64,000 nucleotides of DNA. Origin: an uncultured virus (IMG/VR IMGVR_UViG_3300032084_002349) (Duplodnaviria > Heunggongvirae > Uroviricota > Caudoviricetes). How positions within the stretch are numbered: the stretch's first letter is position 1; the number at the start of each line of letters is the position of its first letter. The notes below the pieces were generated by a model. The model saw nothing but the letters and a program-made list of their open reading frames with translations, searched no databases and was not told where the DNA came from. Positions 10,696 through 21,297 of this stretch are shown piece by piece. The DNA lies in IMG/VR virus record IMGVR_UViG_3300032084_002349, positions 1 through 64,000 of that record. One strand, given 5' to 3'. Both the position numbers and the translations under genes were made by a program.

Positions 10696-11190
10696 CTATC
10701 TCTTCCAATTAGTAAAGATATATCTATTATCTCCTAGCCCCACAGGGGTAGGTTCGTTAGCTCTAATAAAAATATTATTTGTTAAACTAGGTATGTCTGT
10801 ATTAAAAATAATTTTAGAACATTTTTTAATTGAATCTAAATGACTAATAGAACAAATAGTTTGAGCATCAATATCAGGAATATTCACACTACCAACAAAA
10901 TTCTTGCTATCTGTTAAAACAGCAAAATTTACAGCGCTCTCTGACGCAGAATTAGAAGTAATACCTTCACCTAAACAATACGGACAGGTTTGACCATTAA
11001 CGAAAGAGATAGGTCCTGTTCCGTTATATATATTGGCTGATTTCTTAGAAATAGTATCATATACGCAATTAGGACATTGACTTAATTTGCTAGTTTCATA
11101 TACTAAAGTACATGGTATAGTTAAACCTTTTTCGGCTAATACTATATCTATCATGCTATTATATAAAGTTTTAATATTTGTGAGATCCAT
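10696..11190 (-). CDS. Putative head-closure protein with CxxC pairs
   Basis: CPNC...CPYC motif; second gene after the capsid gene. Confidence 0.5.
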   Translation of the reverse strand: MDLTNIKTLYNSMIDIVLAEKGLTIPCTLVYETSKLSQCPNCVYDTISKKSANIYNGTGPISFVNGQTCPYCLGEGITSNSASESAVNFAVLTDSKNFVGSVNIPDIDAQTICSISHLDSIKKCSKIIFNTDIPSLTNNIFIRANEPTPVGLGDNRYIFTNWKR

Positions 11191-11717
11191 TATGTATAAA
11201 ATCCATCACGAGTACTTCGGGCTGGTAAATCTGAAACAGCAAGAAATCTAGGATCAAAATCATTCCCAACAAAAGGACTAAGAATCGCATCTATAGCTGT
11301 AGCATTTCCAATATTATGCTGCTGTTTTAAATGATCATACATTGCACAAGGTCCGACGTCTAAAACTGTCTTATAGCCAGCTAGGTGGCCTGAAACCTGT
11401 ACCTGAGCAGGTCCTAGACCAGCTTTAATACCTTCTGTAGCTGCTTTAGTTCTAAATGTACTTTGATCTAAAAAGCATGATGCTCTTAATGATACAAAAC
11501 TAACAAATGTATCATCTCTGGTAGCAACCGCACAAGGATCTGGAGTGATAGTATTATTAACAACATCAATAGTATAATCTTGATTTAAATTTAAATCCAT
11601 AACCACATATCTAGCAGCCACTGTGCTTAATTGAATGATTCTGGAATCAGAATATGTTTCTTCAAAATCATTAATTAAAGCTCTTACTATAATTGGTATT
11701 TCAGTTTGCCAGGCCAT
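11190..11717 (-). CDS. Putative head-tail adaptor
   Basis: 175 aa, immediately downstream of the capsid gene. Confidence 0.5.
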   Translation of the reverse strand: MAWQTEIPIIVRALINDFEETYSDSRIIQLSTVAARYVVMDLNLNQDYTIDVVNNTITPDPCAVATRDDTFVSFVSLRASCFLDQSTFRTKAATEGIKAGLGPAQVQVSGHLAGYKTVLDVGPCAMYDHLKQQHNIGNATAIDAILSPFVGNDFDPRFLAVSDLPARSTRDGFYT

Positions 11718-11786
11718 AGAAGATCTCCTTGTGATAAATTTATGGTGATAATGTTATTATACCCCATTCTGGACCAGCATGTATAT

Positions 11787-11820
11787 AAAAAAAATAGCCA
11801 CCCCAAAAGAGAGGTGGCTA
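11787..11820 (-). terminator. Intrinsic terminator after the major capsid gene
   Basis: TAGCCACC/GGTGGCTA stem plus an 8-nt U tract on the minus strand. Confidence 0.8.
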
Positions 11821-11845
11821 CTTTATTAAGCAACATCATTTTTGA

Positions 11846-12850
11846 TTATAGAGAACCTAAAAGTACTCTTCTGTTATCTAGAACAGCAAAACCCTGTTCT
11901 GCCCATCCGTAGAAGCCTGCTCTCTTCTGACGATGAAGGGTATCATCTTCGAAGATTTGAACTTCTTGGCGAACTGGCATAATAAAGGAATCTCTGCTTC
12001 TAAGATCCAAACCAACAACTACTTCAGCGTCAGCGGCTGGTAATGTACCAGAAAGTACATTGTTGTAGAATTCTTGATATTCCTGACCTTCGCCAAGCTC
12101 ATCAAGATCATGAAGGTTTACACCAAATACTCTGTTAAGAGTACCGTCTTCAGCAGTGTAGATTTCACGACGAGTAATTTCGTCAACTTGATCAACACCC
12201 CAGTTACGAATGTCTTCCATAGCTTCTGGAGAAACATAAAGATCGGTAAGGATACCTCTGTTATTACTAGCAGAATTACCTCCACCATTACGACGCATAA
12301 CTGTTTTTAACAAGCTTACAAGACGCTTGGTAAACTGACCAGCATCAGCATCACTGTCATAAACAACAATGTTTCTGTCAACACCAGCAGCAAGAACTGT
12401 GTGCCAACCATCATCATTCATCTTTTTGACAAACTGAGCTTCAAGAACTTCCATAGCACGACCAACGACATCCCAACGGGCGTCACGAGCATACTTAAGA
12501 AGATAATCAATGCTTGCACCGATGTCATAAGTTGGAACCATGACATAATCACCTTCAACATGACGTTCTGGAACGTAACCATGATTAGGAAGGGTGTAAG
12601 CAACAAAATCAGACTCTGTGCCTGGAGCAAGGAAATCTAATGGAAATTCTGGAGTAGCACCAGGAGCCAACTGAACTGGCTCAAAAATTCCATTTAAGAC
12701 GTCTCCACTTAAGACAGCCTGACGCAAAGGTAATTCAAGAGCCTTTGCAAACTCTCTACTAGCAGCTAAAGATTGCTCTTTTTCTGCAGATCCTGACCTA
12801 ATTAAAAGGTCAGTAAGCTCTGGACTTGGTTCAAATCTATTATTAGCCAT
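11846..12850 (-). CDS. Major capsid protein (HK97 fold likely)
   Basis: 334 aa, follows protease and decoration genes, C-terminal GFYGWAEQGFAVLD strand, strong RBS and terminator. Confidence 0.85.
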   Translation of the reverse strand: MANNRFEPSPELTDLLIRSGSAEKEQSLAASREFAKALELPLRQAVLSGDVLNGIFEPVQLAPGATPEFPLDFLAPGTESDFVAYTLPNHGYVPERHVEGDYVMVPTYDIGASIDYLLKYARDARWDVVGRAMEVLEAQFVKKMNDDGWHTVLAAGVDRNIVVYDSDADAGQFTKRLVSLLKTVMRRNGGGNSASNNRGILTDLYVSPEAMEDIRNWGVDQVDEITRREIYTAEDGTLNRVFGVNLHDLDELGEGQEYQEFYNNVLSGTLPAADAEVVVGLDLRSRDSFIMPVRQEVQIFEDDTLHRQKRAGFYGWAEQGFAVLDNRRVLLGSL

Positions 12851-12870
12851 TATTTTCGTCTCCTCTTTAA

Positions 12871-13329
12871 TTAGGTAATGTTGATATCTACTTTAACGTA
12901 ACCGTCGGCATCTTTACCACTTAAAAACGTACCAACTTTAACACTGTTGGTTGAAGTTGTGGTAAAATCACCCGACCCATCATAGTAGGCAGCATCACCA
13001 GCGGCTGGTGTGGAACTATCTACCATATTTGTTGTAACCTGACCTCTGCGAAGCAAAGCAACTTTACCACCAAGTTGAACTTCATCTTTGTGGTAGTTGA
13101 TGTGCTGTCTTGTAAGATCAAGATTTACTACATCATTCATCAAGACGCCAGCTGGTGCTGTACCAGATGGACTGCCTGTTGGATAGATAACAGTAGCATC
13201 AGCATCATCCATAGATGAACCGACCCCGCCATTACCGCTGAATACAGCAACGCCACCGCGTGTAGCTGCTACATTCATAAAGAAAGAAACATCAGTTAAA
13301 CTTTCGATACGATCTGGTTTTAAAGCCAT
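12871..13329 (-). CDS. Head decoration / cement protein
   Basis: 152 aa Gly/Ala-rich beta protein just upstream of the capsid gene. Confidence 0.65.
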   Translation of the reverse strand: MALKPDRIESLTDVSFFMNVAATRGGVAVFSGNGGVGSSMDDADATVIYPTGSPSGTAPAGVLMNDVVNLDLTRQHINYHKDEVQLGGKVALLRRGQVTTNMVDSSTPAAGDAAYYDGSGDFTTTSTNSVKVGTFLSGKDADGYVKVDINIT

Positions 13330-13331
13330 TT

Positions 13332-15029
13332 TTACTCTCCTTTATTGGAATTGGAATTTTGTTTGCCTAATCTAGAATATACAAAATCTACTAATGATGC
13401 TCTAGTGCTATGAACTTCTGAGTCATCTTCACTGCCAACACTAAGATCAACGCCGTCTTCTTCGACCTCAACATTTTCTAAAACATCTTCGGCAACAGCT
13501 GACTCAGTCTCTTCATCTTCAACCTCAACCTCAACAGATTCAGTAGAAGCTTCTGTTTCTTCCGAAGTTTCAGCAACTTCTTCCGACTCTTCAGCTTTTA
13601 CCTGAGCCCATTCTGGTATGTTAGAACTAACCAAAGCCTTGATAGTAGAAAAAGCTTCGTCGTCAAGTTCTTCGAACTTATCAACAGTGGCTGAAGCTAC
13701 TTCAGAGGTCACACCAGTTTCAACGAGCTCTGCAATTCTGCTTTGAATTTTAGCCTGTTTTGCTAATTCAGCTTTTTCAGCTTCAAAAGTCGCAATAGCC
13801 TCTTTAGCTGAGGTTAATTCAGTTTGCAAAGCTTCAAGATCACAATCTTTAGCTTTAATGGATTCTTCATGAGCAGATGTGAGTTCTTTAAGCTCCGTAG
13901 CTTTAGCCTCACTCAATTCTGCAACATCGTATTCCATTTTATTTTTGTATTCTTCTAATAATTTGTCTTTTTCAGCAATAGAAATTGTAGCTTCTTCCAT
14001 ATCTTTGGTAGCTTTTTCCTTCCACATTGCCATTTCTTCTTCTTTGTTTTTCATGCCTTGTTCGAGGTCCATAACCTTGGCCTCCAACTCACTAACTTTG
14101 CTATATGCTTCTTTCAAAACTTCGCCGCAACCAGTCATGGCTTCGACTTTGTCTGATAAAGCTTCTACATCTTTTTCTAGACTCATTTTATTTTTCTCCA
14201 GGTTAAGGGACGCTTGAATATTAGATACACTATTATTGACCAAAGGGATATTTTGTTCAGTTTGTTCTTTTAATATTTTTTGTGCAGAGTCTTGGTCGAA
14301 TATAATACTTTCAGGATTTGCTGGTTTATCTACAAAACCTTTACCGGAAAAATTGATATTTCTCAATACTCTACCAATCTTAAAATTATCATACTCACCA
14401 ACACCACCATATGCTCTCAAATGTTTTGTTAAATATGCTGAATTATTATCTCTTTTTAACACTTTGTAATTTCCTGTAGACTTATCTAAAAGACCATAAT
14501 CAAAGTTGTTAAAATAACACTCCATGCTTACATATTTTTTTCCACTTTTAATTTCCTGAATAAGATTTTCAGCTCTTTCTTTAAGATCAGGATTAGAAAA
14601 ATTACGATAAATTACGGAGCCTGTGACGATATGAAATTTTTCAGGTAATGCTTCCAAACCTGTACTCTCTGGTAAAGTATTGCCATCTATATCTATAGGC
14701 CAATTGGAAACAATATGTCCCACAATTTGATCTTCGTCATGCTCTAAGTTAGTTGGTTTGTCTTCTGGTGTGGCCTTAGCTGCCCAGACCTCAGATTTAT
14801 CAAAAATATCATCATTTTTATTCCAAGAAGATGACACTAAAATAGATTGTACATAATAAAGATCTTCATCATTTAATGCAGCAATAGTTTGATTATTATT
14901 GATGTTTGCTTTTGCTAGCTCGATATCTTTTCTTAGGCATGGTTGAGCTTCTGTTATGTATGCTAAAGATGCATTGGCCGATATAATTTCATCGACACCG
15001 TCATCGTATTCTTGCTGATATATTATCAT
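13332..15029 (-). CDS. Prohead protease fused to a scaffold domain
   Basis: N-terminal KPTNLEH...VSMEC...GFVDKPAN protease-like motifs, then a long acidic coiled coil. Confidence 0.75.
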   Translation of the reverse strand: MIIYQQEYDDGVDEIISANASLAYITEAQPCLRKDIELAKANINNNQTIAALNDEDLYYVQSILVSSSWNKNDDIFDKSEVWAAKATPEDKPTNLEHDEDQIVGHIVSNWPIDIDGNTLPESTGLEALPEKFHIVTGSVIYRNFSNPDLKERAENLIQEIKSGKKYVSMECYFNNFDYGLLDKSTGNYKVLKRDNNSAYLTKHLRAYGGVGEYDNFKIGRVLRNINFSGKGFVDKPANPESIIFDQDSAQKILKEQTEQNIPLVNNSVSNIQASLNLEKNKMSLEKDVEALSDKVEAMTGCGEVLKEAYSKVSELEAKVMDLEQGMKNKEEEMAMWKEKATKDMEEATISIAEKDKLLEEYKNKMEYDVAELSEAKATELKELTSAHEESIKAKDCDLEALQTELTSAKEAIATFEAEKAELAKQAKIQSRIAELVETGVTSEVASATVDKFEELDDEAFSTIKALVSSNIPEWAQVKAEESEEVAETSEETEASTESVEVEVEDEETESAVAEDVLENVEVEEDGVDLSVGSEDDSEVHSTRASLVDFVYSRLGKQNSNSNKGE

Positions 15030-17224
15030 AAAACACTCTCTTTATGGTGAATGGTTGAATAATAGACAGATTTAACAATCTTTTGCTCTTCAATAGTCAA
15101 AGAACGATCAAGATCATTACCAATAGCCTTCAACCAATATTCATACCCCATTATATGTTTTTTGGTATTATTATTGTGTACATTTTTTATATTAGCTGAA
15201 ATTTTTTCCTCGTCAATATTAGAAAATGGATTTAATGCAAAGAGAGTTTGAGTTTTAACATACTCTAAGTTTTTGAACTCCTCACTAGATAAAGACCTCA
15301 GATTTTTCTTCTTGTAATAATCTAAAATTAAGGGGTTTACAATAGCGCTAATTTTATCTTGAGCGTCTTGAGCCCATATATCTAAAGTAGCTCCTGTTCG
15401 GGGTTTAAAGGTTTTGCTTTTTCGTTTCTTTGTGTCTTTTGACAACTTAGGTCTTCCCTCACCCGGAACACCTGGTAAAGATTCTGGCGAATCTTTTACC
15501 AACTTCGTTGTGGTTTCTGGTGAAGAAGGCTTTTCGTTCTTTAATTCATATAGATTCTTTTGACCTCTTTTTTTCGACTTTAGATCTAAACCAACCTCAC
15601 TAGGTGTTGCCATGCCACTTTGCAAGACAATCTTTTTGAGACTGTTTTCAAAATCAGCTTCATGAAATGGGCCAGCTTTACTAGGTCTCTTAGCATTGTC
15701 TCTTTCTTTTTGTTCTCTAGCAATTCGGAGACTTTCCATATCAGCATCAAATCCAAACCTAGTTTGCACCAACTCCTCGCTAACCAGATTACGATCAGAT
15801 AGCTGTATCAATAAAGCCTTTTCAGCATCTTCATTACTTAAATCCATTCTATCGAATTCAATTTTGGCTGGATATCTAAAACCCATAGCCTTTTGCACAT
15901 TTTCAATCTCTTTTATCCAAAATTGCTTTAGAATCTGACGACCATATTCTAGTCTTTGGGTAAGTGTTTTAAGACTGATGAAATTATTAGTTGTCCCAGC
16001 AGCACCATAAGTACCTGTAAGAGTCGGGGGTATACCAAGACCAGCATAAACACTATTTAAATGAGGAGTGTATTTTGCTTCTCCTAAAAATTGATGTACA
16101 TTAGTTTTTGATTCTATTAGCTCTATATCTGGACCCCAAATTAAATCCATTGTGCCTCCACCAACATTATTCTGTAAGATATTAGATAACTTAGCCGCAG
16201 CTGCTTTAGTAGGAGCAATTTTATGTTCGAGATTACCTAGTTTGAAAATTCTTATATTAGAAATAGCGCCATCTAGAGCTGCTAAATCTGCAAGCTTAAG
16301 TTTTTCGATAATATTAATATCATCCATGATAGCATAAATCATAGGATATGCCCAATTTTGCCAATCATCTTTTTTATAATGAAACACCAAAGTCTTGTCT
16401 GGACTAAGAGGGTATAATGTTTTATTTTTAGCTGCTAAAATTATATCTTCTGGTAATTCTGAAACTATTTGTTTCTCTACAGCATTTTTTGGACTGTTAA
16501 TAGTTTTTCTTAATTGAGCTGGTAATGATATTGCATAACTTTTTTTACCAACAAAAGAAGACAGACTTTCTCCCATAATATCAACATAGAAAGGATCTAT
16601 AAAAGTATATCTCCAAGGTATCTCTTTACGGTTAATAGTTTCCTGTTCTATACGAATATCTGCTTCCCCAGCAGCTTTATAAAGTTGATCCTCTGTCTTT
16701 TTACCTATTTTAGCTGTTTGTCTATTGATAACAACATTCCCAACTCTATACAAATTATTTAAAAATCTTTCGCTTCTTTCAGTACCTCCAATTTTATCAA
16801 ACCAATTTGTGTAAAATCTTTCTATTCTTTTGTTTCTGTGAACAAGCCTGATACCTTGTGAGCTAAAATCACCCATCAAATCAATGACATTTTTAACTAA
16901 ACCAACCCGTTGATAAATAGTATCCGCTGTTTTAATAATATTTTTTAGTCTAACAGGAACAGCTTCGTTAGGTCTAAAATAATCATAATCCGATCGACTT
17001 AGTCCTGGTCTACCGGAAAGGTTTTCTCCTAAATTAGAAAAGTCTCTACTATATCTAGCATAACCAGTAGTTTTGTGTATTCCTTCAAACTCAGTAATAG
17101 ATTTCGATGATTCCCCTAGAGCTTGCTGTTTAGATTCTAAATCTTCTCCCCAAGTTACATATAGCTCTTCCTGTTCTGTTATGGCGTCTTCGATAGCATC
17201 ACTTTTAGGATATTTTTTACTCAT
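15026..17224 (-). CDS. Portal protein
   Basis: 732 aa between TerL and protease; portal-like segments (LVKNVIDLMGDF, GLGIPPTLTG). Confidence 0.75.
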   Translation of the reverse strand: MSKKYPKSDAIEDAITEQEELYVTWGEDLESKQQALGESSKSITEFEGIHKTTGYARYSRDFSNLGENLSGRPGLSRSDYDYFRPNEAVPVRLKNIIKTADTIYQRVGLVKNVIDLMGDFSSQGIRLVHRNKRIERFYTNWFDKIGGTERSERFLNNLYRVGNVVINRQTAKIGKKTEDQLYKAAGEADIRIEQETINRKEIPWRYTFIDPFYVDIMGESLSSFVGKKSYAISLPAQLRKTINSPKNAVEKQIVSELPEDIILAAKNKTLYPLSPDKTLVFHYKKDDWQNWAYPMIYAIMDDINIIEKLKLADLAALDGAISNIRIFKLGNLEHKIAPTKAAAAKLSNILQNNVGGGTMDLIWGPDIELIESKTNVHQFLGEAKYTPHLNSVYAGLGIPPTLTGTYGAAGTTNNFISLKTLTQRLEYGRQILKQFWIKEIENVQKAMGFRYPAKIEFDRMDLSNEDAEKALLIQLSDRNLVSEELVQTRFGFDADMESLRIAREQKERDNAKRPSKAGPFHEADFENSLKKIVLQSGMATPSEVGLDLKSKKRGQKNLYELKNEKPSSPETTTKLVKDSPESLPGVPGEGRPKLSKDTKKRKSKTFKPRTGATLDIWAQDAQDKISAIVNPLILDYYKKKNLRSLSSEEFKNLEYVKTQTLFALNPFSNIDEEKISANIKNVHNNNTKKHIMGYEYWLKAIGNDLDRSLTIEEQKIVKSVYYSTIHHKESVL

Positions 17225-17281
17225 AATTTAATTGTATTTCCATTGCAATAGGATTGTATGCGTTTATATTTTTATAATACA

Positions 17282-19318
17282 CTATTTTTTATAAATTCCA
17301 AGATAAATATCGTCATTACCGCCTTCGGTAAACCATCCGGGCCCTTTATATAAAGTTTTCTCGTCAGATCTATAGACTCCATCAACACCCCCGATAACCT
17401 CGAACTCAACTGGTGTGTCTGCTCTATTAATTGCTCTGGCTACTGAATTAGCCATAATTAAGGAGCTATAACGGTCTTTTCGTAGTTTACCTCGTTTGGC
17501 ATGAACACCTTTAATATCTGGAGTATCCCATCTTTCTCTGGCACCAGGACTATTACTAGTTTGAGACATTACTATGGTAGTTAACTCATTTTTTAATTCT
17601 TCTATTTCTAAAATACATTCACTAAGAGTATCATATATAGGATCAATATCATCTCTTGTAATATCTTGAGATTCTTTTTCCATAGCTAAACCTAAAGTAA
17701 GATTATCGAACTGAGGAAATAATAAAACTTTATCTTCTAAGTCTTTTCTCAAACCATGATTAGCTTGGCTAGTCCAATCTGATCTAGCAAATTGTATTAA
17801 CTGCAAAATATGCAATCCTGATTTAAAATCCGTATCCTTCGATTTTGCTTCAATAATTGGCCATATAGGTAGTTCATTGCTTTGTAATTTATTAGTATCA
17901 TGTAGAGCTTCTTCAATAGCAACACCACCACCCTGAGCATCTAAGGCTATTCTTTCACACGGAAATACTTTCATTAAGTCTCGAATTTTTCTAGAGCAAA
18001 AACCATAAAAATCGTTCTCATTAACTAATCCTGTATTTTGTCTTTTCTTGAAATTTTTTCTATTTGTAGTCCACACATACACAACTCTAGAATGATTTGG
18101 TTGTAATTCTAATACTACTATACTAAAATTATCTTGCTCACTAGCTGGGTCAATACCATATACATATTTTTTATCTGGATCGCCTTTTATTTTAGCGTCG
18201 AAAATAATAGGTTCTTCATTAATCACAACAGGATTTTTATTACCAACAACACAACTCTCAATCAAACTTCTTTTGAAAAAACCACTACTATCTTTAGTAA
18301 AACATGCAGCATATTCCATATTATAAATACCGCTATGTATAGTCGCTTTAGCTCTAGCTACTTGCCTATCATCCATAAAACCTTTAGGTATAAGTTCGTA
18401 TGGCATTCTAACAATACTATAATCTTGCCAGTTAAAGTTTTGTGGCACCTCGCCTTTAAAAATTTCTTGAAGTTTTGATTCTTCTCCTAAACTATGAATA
18501 ATAGATCTATATCGCTCCCAATACTGAGCAAAGTGTTTAAAGCTGTAATCAGCAGTACCTGCTATTATAGCCTGATTACTTTTACGATGTTGTAAAGTTT
18601 CCATTTCTTCATTCCACATACCGAGCTCTTTCATAAGTTCTTTTTTAGCTTCTGCTTTGACGTTACCCATAGGATCTGCAGAAACAGCAGCAAAACCAGA
18701 TACTACCGTTTCATATACATCTGGTGAAATAGATGCAAATTCATCAGCAATAATGATATGAGCTCTTAAACCTCTAATCTTACTACCATCACCCAAAGGA
18801 ATAGCTATTGTCCAGCTATCTCCGTATCTCATAGTACATCTATCAACATCTCTTCTTGGACCATCATCATTACCATTGAAAATACTACGTATAATAGCAG
18901 ATTTTCTCCATATGGTTTCCATATATTCAAAAATAACTTTACTCTGTCTAAAAGCAGCCCCGACGACAACTATTTTACTACCTGGAACAAATATACATTT
19001 TAAAGTACAATAAAGAGCTAATAAAAAAGATTTACCAAAACCACGACTAGCTATAAACATAGGAAATGGCCGATCCCAAAATTCTTGCAAAATAGCTGCT
19101 TGAATCGGATGTAATTCAATATTCATTAACAATTTGGCCGTCATGCTGAAATTGGCTGGATCTTTAATAATATTGATAAGATGTCTGTCAGGATTTTCTA
19201 TTTCTTTTTTAGAACGACGTATCATTAGATTTTTATCAATCTTAATATCGTTAATGTTTCCTAAGTTAAGCCATGCATTGTCTAGGTAGTTATTATTAAT
19301 ATTATCCATGAGATTCAT
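17282..19318 (-). CDS. terL: Terminase large subunit
   Basis: Walker A ASRGFGKS, Walker B IIIADEF, nuclease motif YGIDPA and C-terminal KDRYS. Confidence 0.92.
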   Translation of the reverse strand: MNLMDNINNNYLDNAWLNLGNINDIKIDKNLMIRRSKKEIENPDRHLINIIKDPANFSMTAKLLMNIELHPIQAAILQEFWDRPFPMFIASRGFGKSFLLALYCTLKCIFVPGSKIVVVGAAFRQSKVIFEYMETIWRKSAIIRSIFNGNDDGPRRDVDRCTMRYGDSWTIAIPLGDGSKIRGLRAHIIIADEFASISPDVYETVVSGFAAVSADPMGNVKAEAKKELMKELGMWNEEMETLQHRKSNQAIIAGTADYSFKHFAQYWERYRSIIHSLGEESKLQEIFKGEVPQNFNWQDYSIVRMPYELIPKGFMDDRQVARAKATIHSGIYNMEYAACFTKDSSGFFKRSLIESCVVGNKNPVVINEEPIIFDAKIKGDPDKKYVYGIDPASEQDNFSIVVLELQPNHSRVVYVWTTNRKNFKKRQNTGLVNENDFYGFCSRKIRDLMKVFPCERIALDAQGGGVAIEEALHDTNKLQSNELPIWPIIEAKSKDTDFKSGLHILQLIQFARSDWTSQANHGLRKDLEDKVLLFPQFDNLTLGLAMEKESQDITRDDIDPIYDTLSECILEIEELKNELTTIVMSQTSNSPGARERWDTPDIKGVHAKRGKLRKDRYSSLIMANSVARAINRADTPVEFEVIGGVDGVYRSDEKTLYKGPGWFTEGGNDDIYLGIYKK

Positions 19319-19772
19319 TCACTCTCTTAATAATTGAAAAGGCCATTTGGTTAGCGGCCTGAGGGTTGTCACAAAATACTACATTGATATTATGTTTAGT
19401 TTGAAGTTCTGTGATATACTTTAAGATAAAAGCAGGTCTTATTTTAATTTTATTCCACATATGTCTAGGTACTGATGATCCTTTGGGATAATTTAAAATA
19501 TCTTGTAAACTAAACTCTAGCAATATAAACTTATATAAGTAATCTTGCATTCTAAGTATTTCAGCTTTAAATCTAGCTTCTGATATATTATTAGCTATTT
19601 CGCTAACGCTATTTTTTCTTTCTATACATAATAGATTCTCTAAGCCTTCAATGGAATAATCTCCAGTATCTAATTTTTTATTAATAGTTTCACAACCAGC
19701 AAAAGCCCAAGGCTTCTGTTCTCTGGTGTCTATAATAACATTAAAACTATATTTTTTCTCATTAGAAGTCAT
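19302..19772 (-). CDS. ERCC4/XPF-domain nuclease
   Basis: IIDTREQ...LDTGDY...IERK motifs. Confidence 0.85.
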   Translation of the reverse strand: MTSNEKKYSFNVIIDTREQKPWAFAGCETINKKLDTGDYSIEGLENLLCIERKNSVSEIANNISEARFKAEILRMQDYLYKFILLEFSLQDILNYPKGSSVPRHMWNKIKIRPAFILKYITELQTKHNINVVFCDNPQAANQMAFSIIKRVNESHG

Positions 19773-20445
19773 AACAAAAATCCACTAAGGATCCCACTCG
19801 TTCTTGTACCACCTGATCATCTATATTAAAACCTTTAATAATTTGAAAGTTTATGACACTCATATCTTTCTTAATATTCTTAAAGCCTCTCTTGATACTT
19901 ACCCCGTACTGCAATAAATTGGTCAAAATATTATTGTTTTTAATTGAATTATGGTATAAAGTAATTAATAAACAGGAATACAATAAAAACTCTAAATTAA
20001 ATTTATATTTAATATACTGATAAAAATAATAACTAATTACATCATCTACACGAGGGGTTTTAAAACTTATCCCATTATATGTGAAATCTACAGGTATATT
20101 ATTATATATTGTGTTTTGCTTAATAGCGTAAGTTCTATGCATAATCTTATAATTATAAAGATTTAAATAATTAAATGTGATGAGATTTTCATGTCTTTGT
20201 ATAGATTCAACATTACTTAATTTACTAACAAGATAAGATGATATATTTAAAAAGCTATAGTCATCAATAATAATAGAAGGGTCTGTTAGACGTTGTTTTT
20301 GTAAAAGAAATAACTCTTTAGAATATGTAAACAAATACAAAGCCAAGCCTTGTTCCATGTCTAAGGAGCAAACATATTCGTCTTTATTGTAATTGATAAA
20401 ATATGAAGAAAGTAATAAATTATATATATAGGTTTTATTGACCAT
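19762..20445 (-). CDS. Hypothetical protein (very AT-rich)
   Basis: 227 aa ORF overlapping both neighbours. Confidence 0.5.
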   Translation of the reverse strand: MVNKTYIYNLLLSSYFINYNKDEYVCSLDMEQGLALYLFTYSKELFLLQKQRLTDPSIIIDDYSFLNISSYLVSKLSNVESIQRHENLITFNYLNLYNYKIMHRTYAIKQNTIYNNIPVDFTYNGISFKTPRVDDVISYYFYQYIKYKFNLEFLLYSCLLITLYHNSIKNNNILTNLLQYGVSIKRGFKNIKKDMSVINFQIIKGFNIDDQVVQERVGSLVDFCYDF

Positions 20446-21037
20446 ACAAAGTATTATATATGGGGAAATCCTGTAAAATTTGATCTTTCAAGTCTGAAAT
20501 ATCTAACTCCTTTTTATTTTGATTAACATTAATAGTAGGAAACCTTATAGGAATTCTATGCTTCATAAATAAATAATCTATAAGAGAGTCAGTATTATGT
20601 AAAGAAAAGAATTTTATATTAACAAAATCCCTCATATGTAAAAATATATTGTCTGTAAACATCTTATAATGTATAGTATTCCTCATATCTTCAACACAAG
20701 AAAACTTATGATATCTATTATTCTGCCTATTCATATCATAACAATATAAACTAATAAATAAATCTATAGGATTTCTTAATAAACATATAAATGTATATTC
20801 TTGAATATTTTGCTTTTTAACTTCTTGAATATATGTAATAGCTCCATGAAGATTAACATGTAAATAGTTAGGATGGTGATAGTCGAAATTTAAGTTATGT
20901 AAATTTTTATTACTAACAAAAATATCTTCTTTCTTCCAGCGTTTATGTAAGGGTCTAGTGATAGCCCTAACTAAAGATCTGCTACCGCACTTTGGTTTTT
21001 CTAAGAAACATAACCTGTGTTCATGTAAAATAATCAT
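20435..21037 (-). CDS. Sulfotransferase-like protein
   Basis: 5'-PSB-like PKCGSRSL and 3'-PB-like LRNPIDLFISLY. Confidence 0.7.
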   Translation of the reverse strand: MIILHEHRLCFLEKPKCGSRSLVRAITRPLHKRWKKEDIFVSNKNLHNLNFDYHHPNYLHVNLHGAITYIQEVKKQNIQEYTFICLLRNPIDLFISLYCYDMNRQNNRYHKFSCVEDMRNTIHYKMFTDNIFLHMRDFVNIKFFSLHNTDSLIDYLFMKHRIPIRFPTINVNQNKKELDISDLKDQILQDFPIYNTLYGQ

Positions 21038-21297
21038 TTTTTATGCTCTCCTATTATCTTAAAGAAAAACATTTCATAATTTTCTTCATTATCTTTAATA
21101 AGATCATGATGCTGTTTACATAAAGTAATACCATTATCTAAATGGAATCTTAATCCTGGATAATCTGACCATTTTTTGATATGGTGGGCATTAAGCTTTC
21201 TCCTGCTAGAACAACCAGGCCACTGACAGCTATGCCTGTCTCTAGCAAAAATTTTCTTTATCCATTGTTTATATTGATTATCATAAAATCTACGCAT
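21034..21297 (-). CDS. HNH endonuclease (packaging-associated type)
   Basis: RDRHSCQWPGC...AHHI...NGITLCKQHH. Confidence 0.88.
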   Translation of the reverse strand: MRRFYDNQYKQWIKKIFARDRHSCQWPGCSSRRKLNAHHIKKWSDYPGLRFHLDNGITLCKQHHDLIKDNEENYEMFFFKIIGEHKK

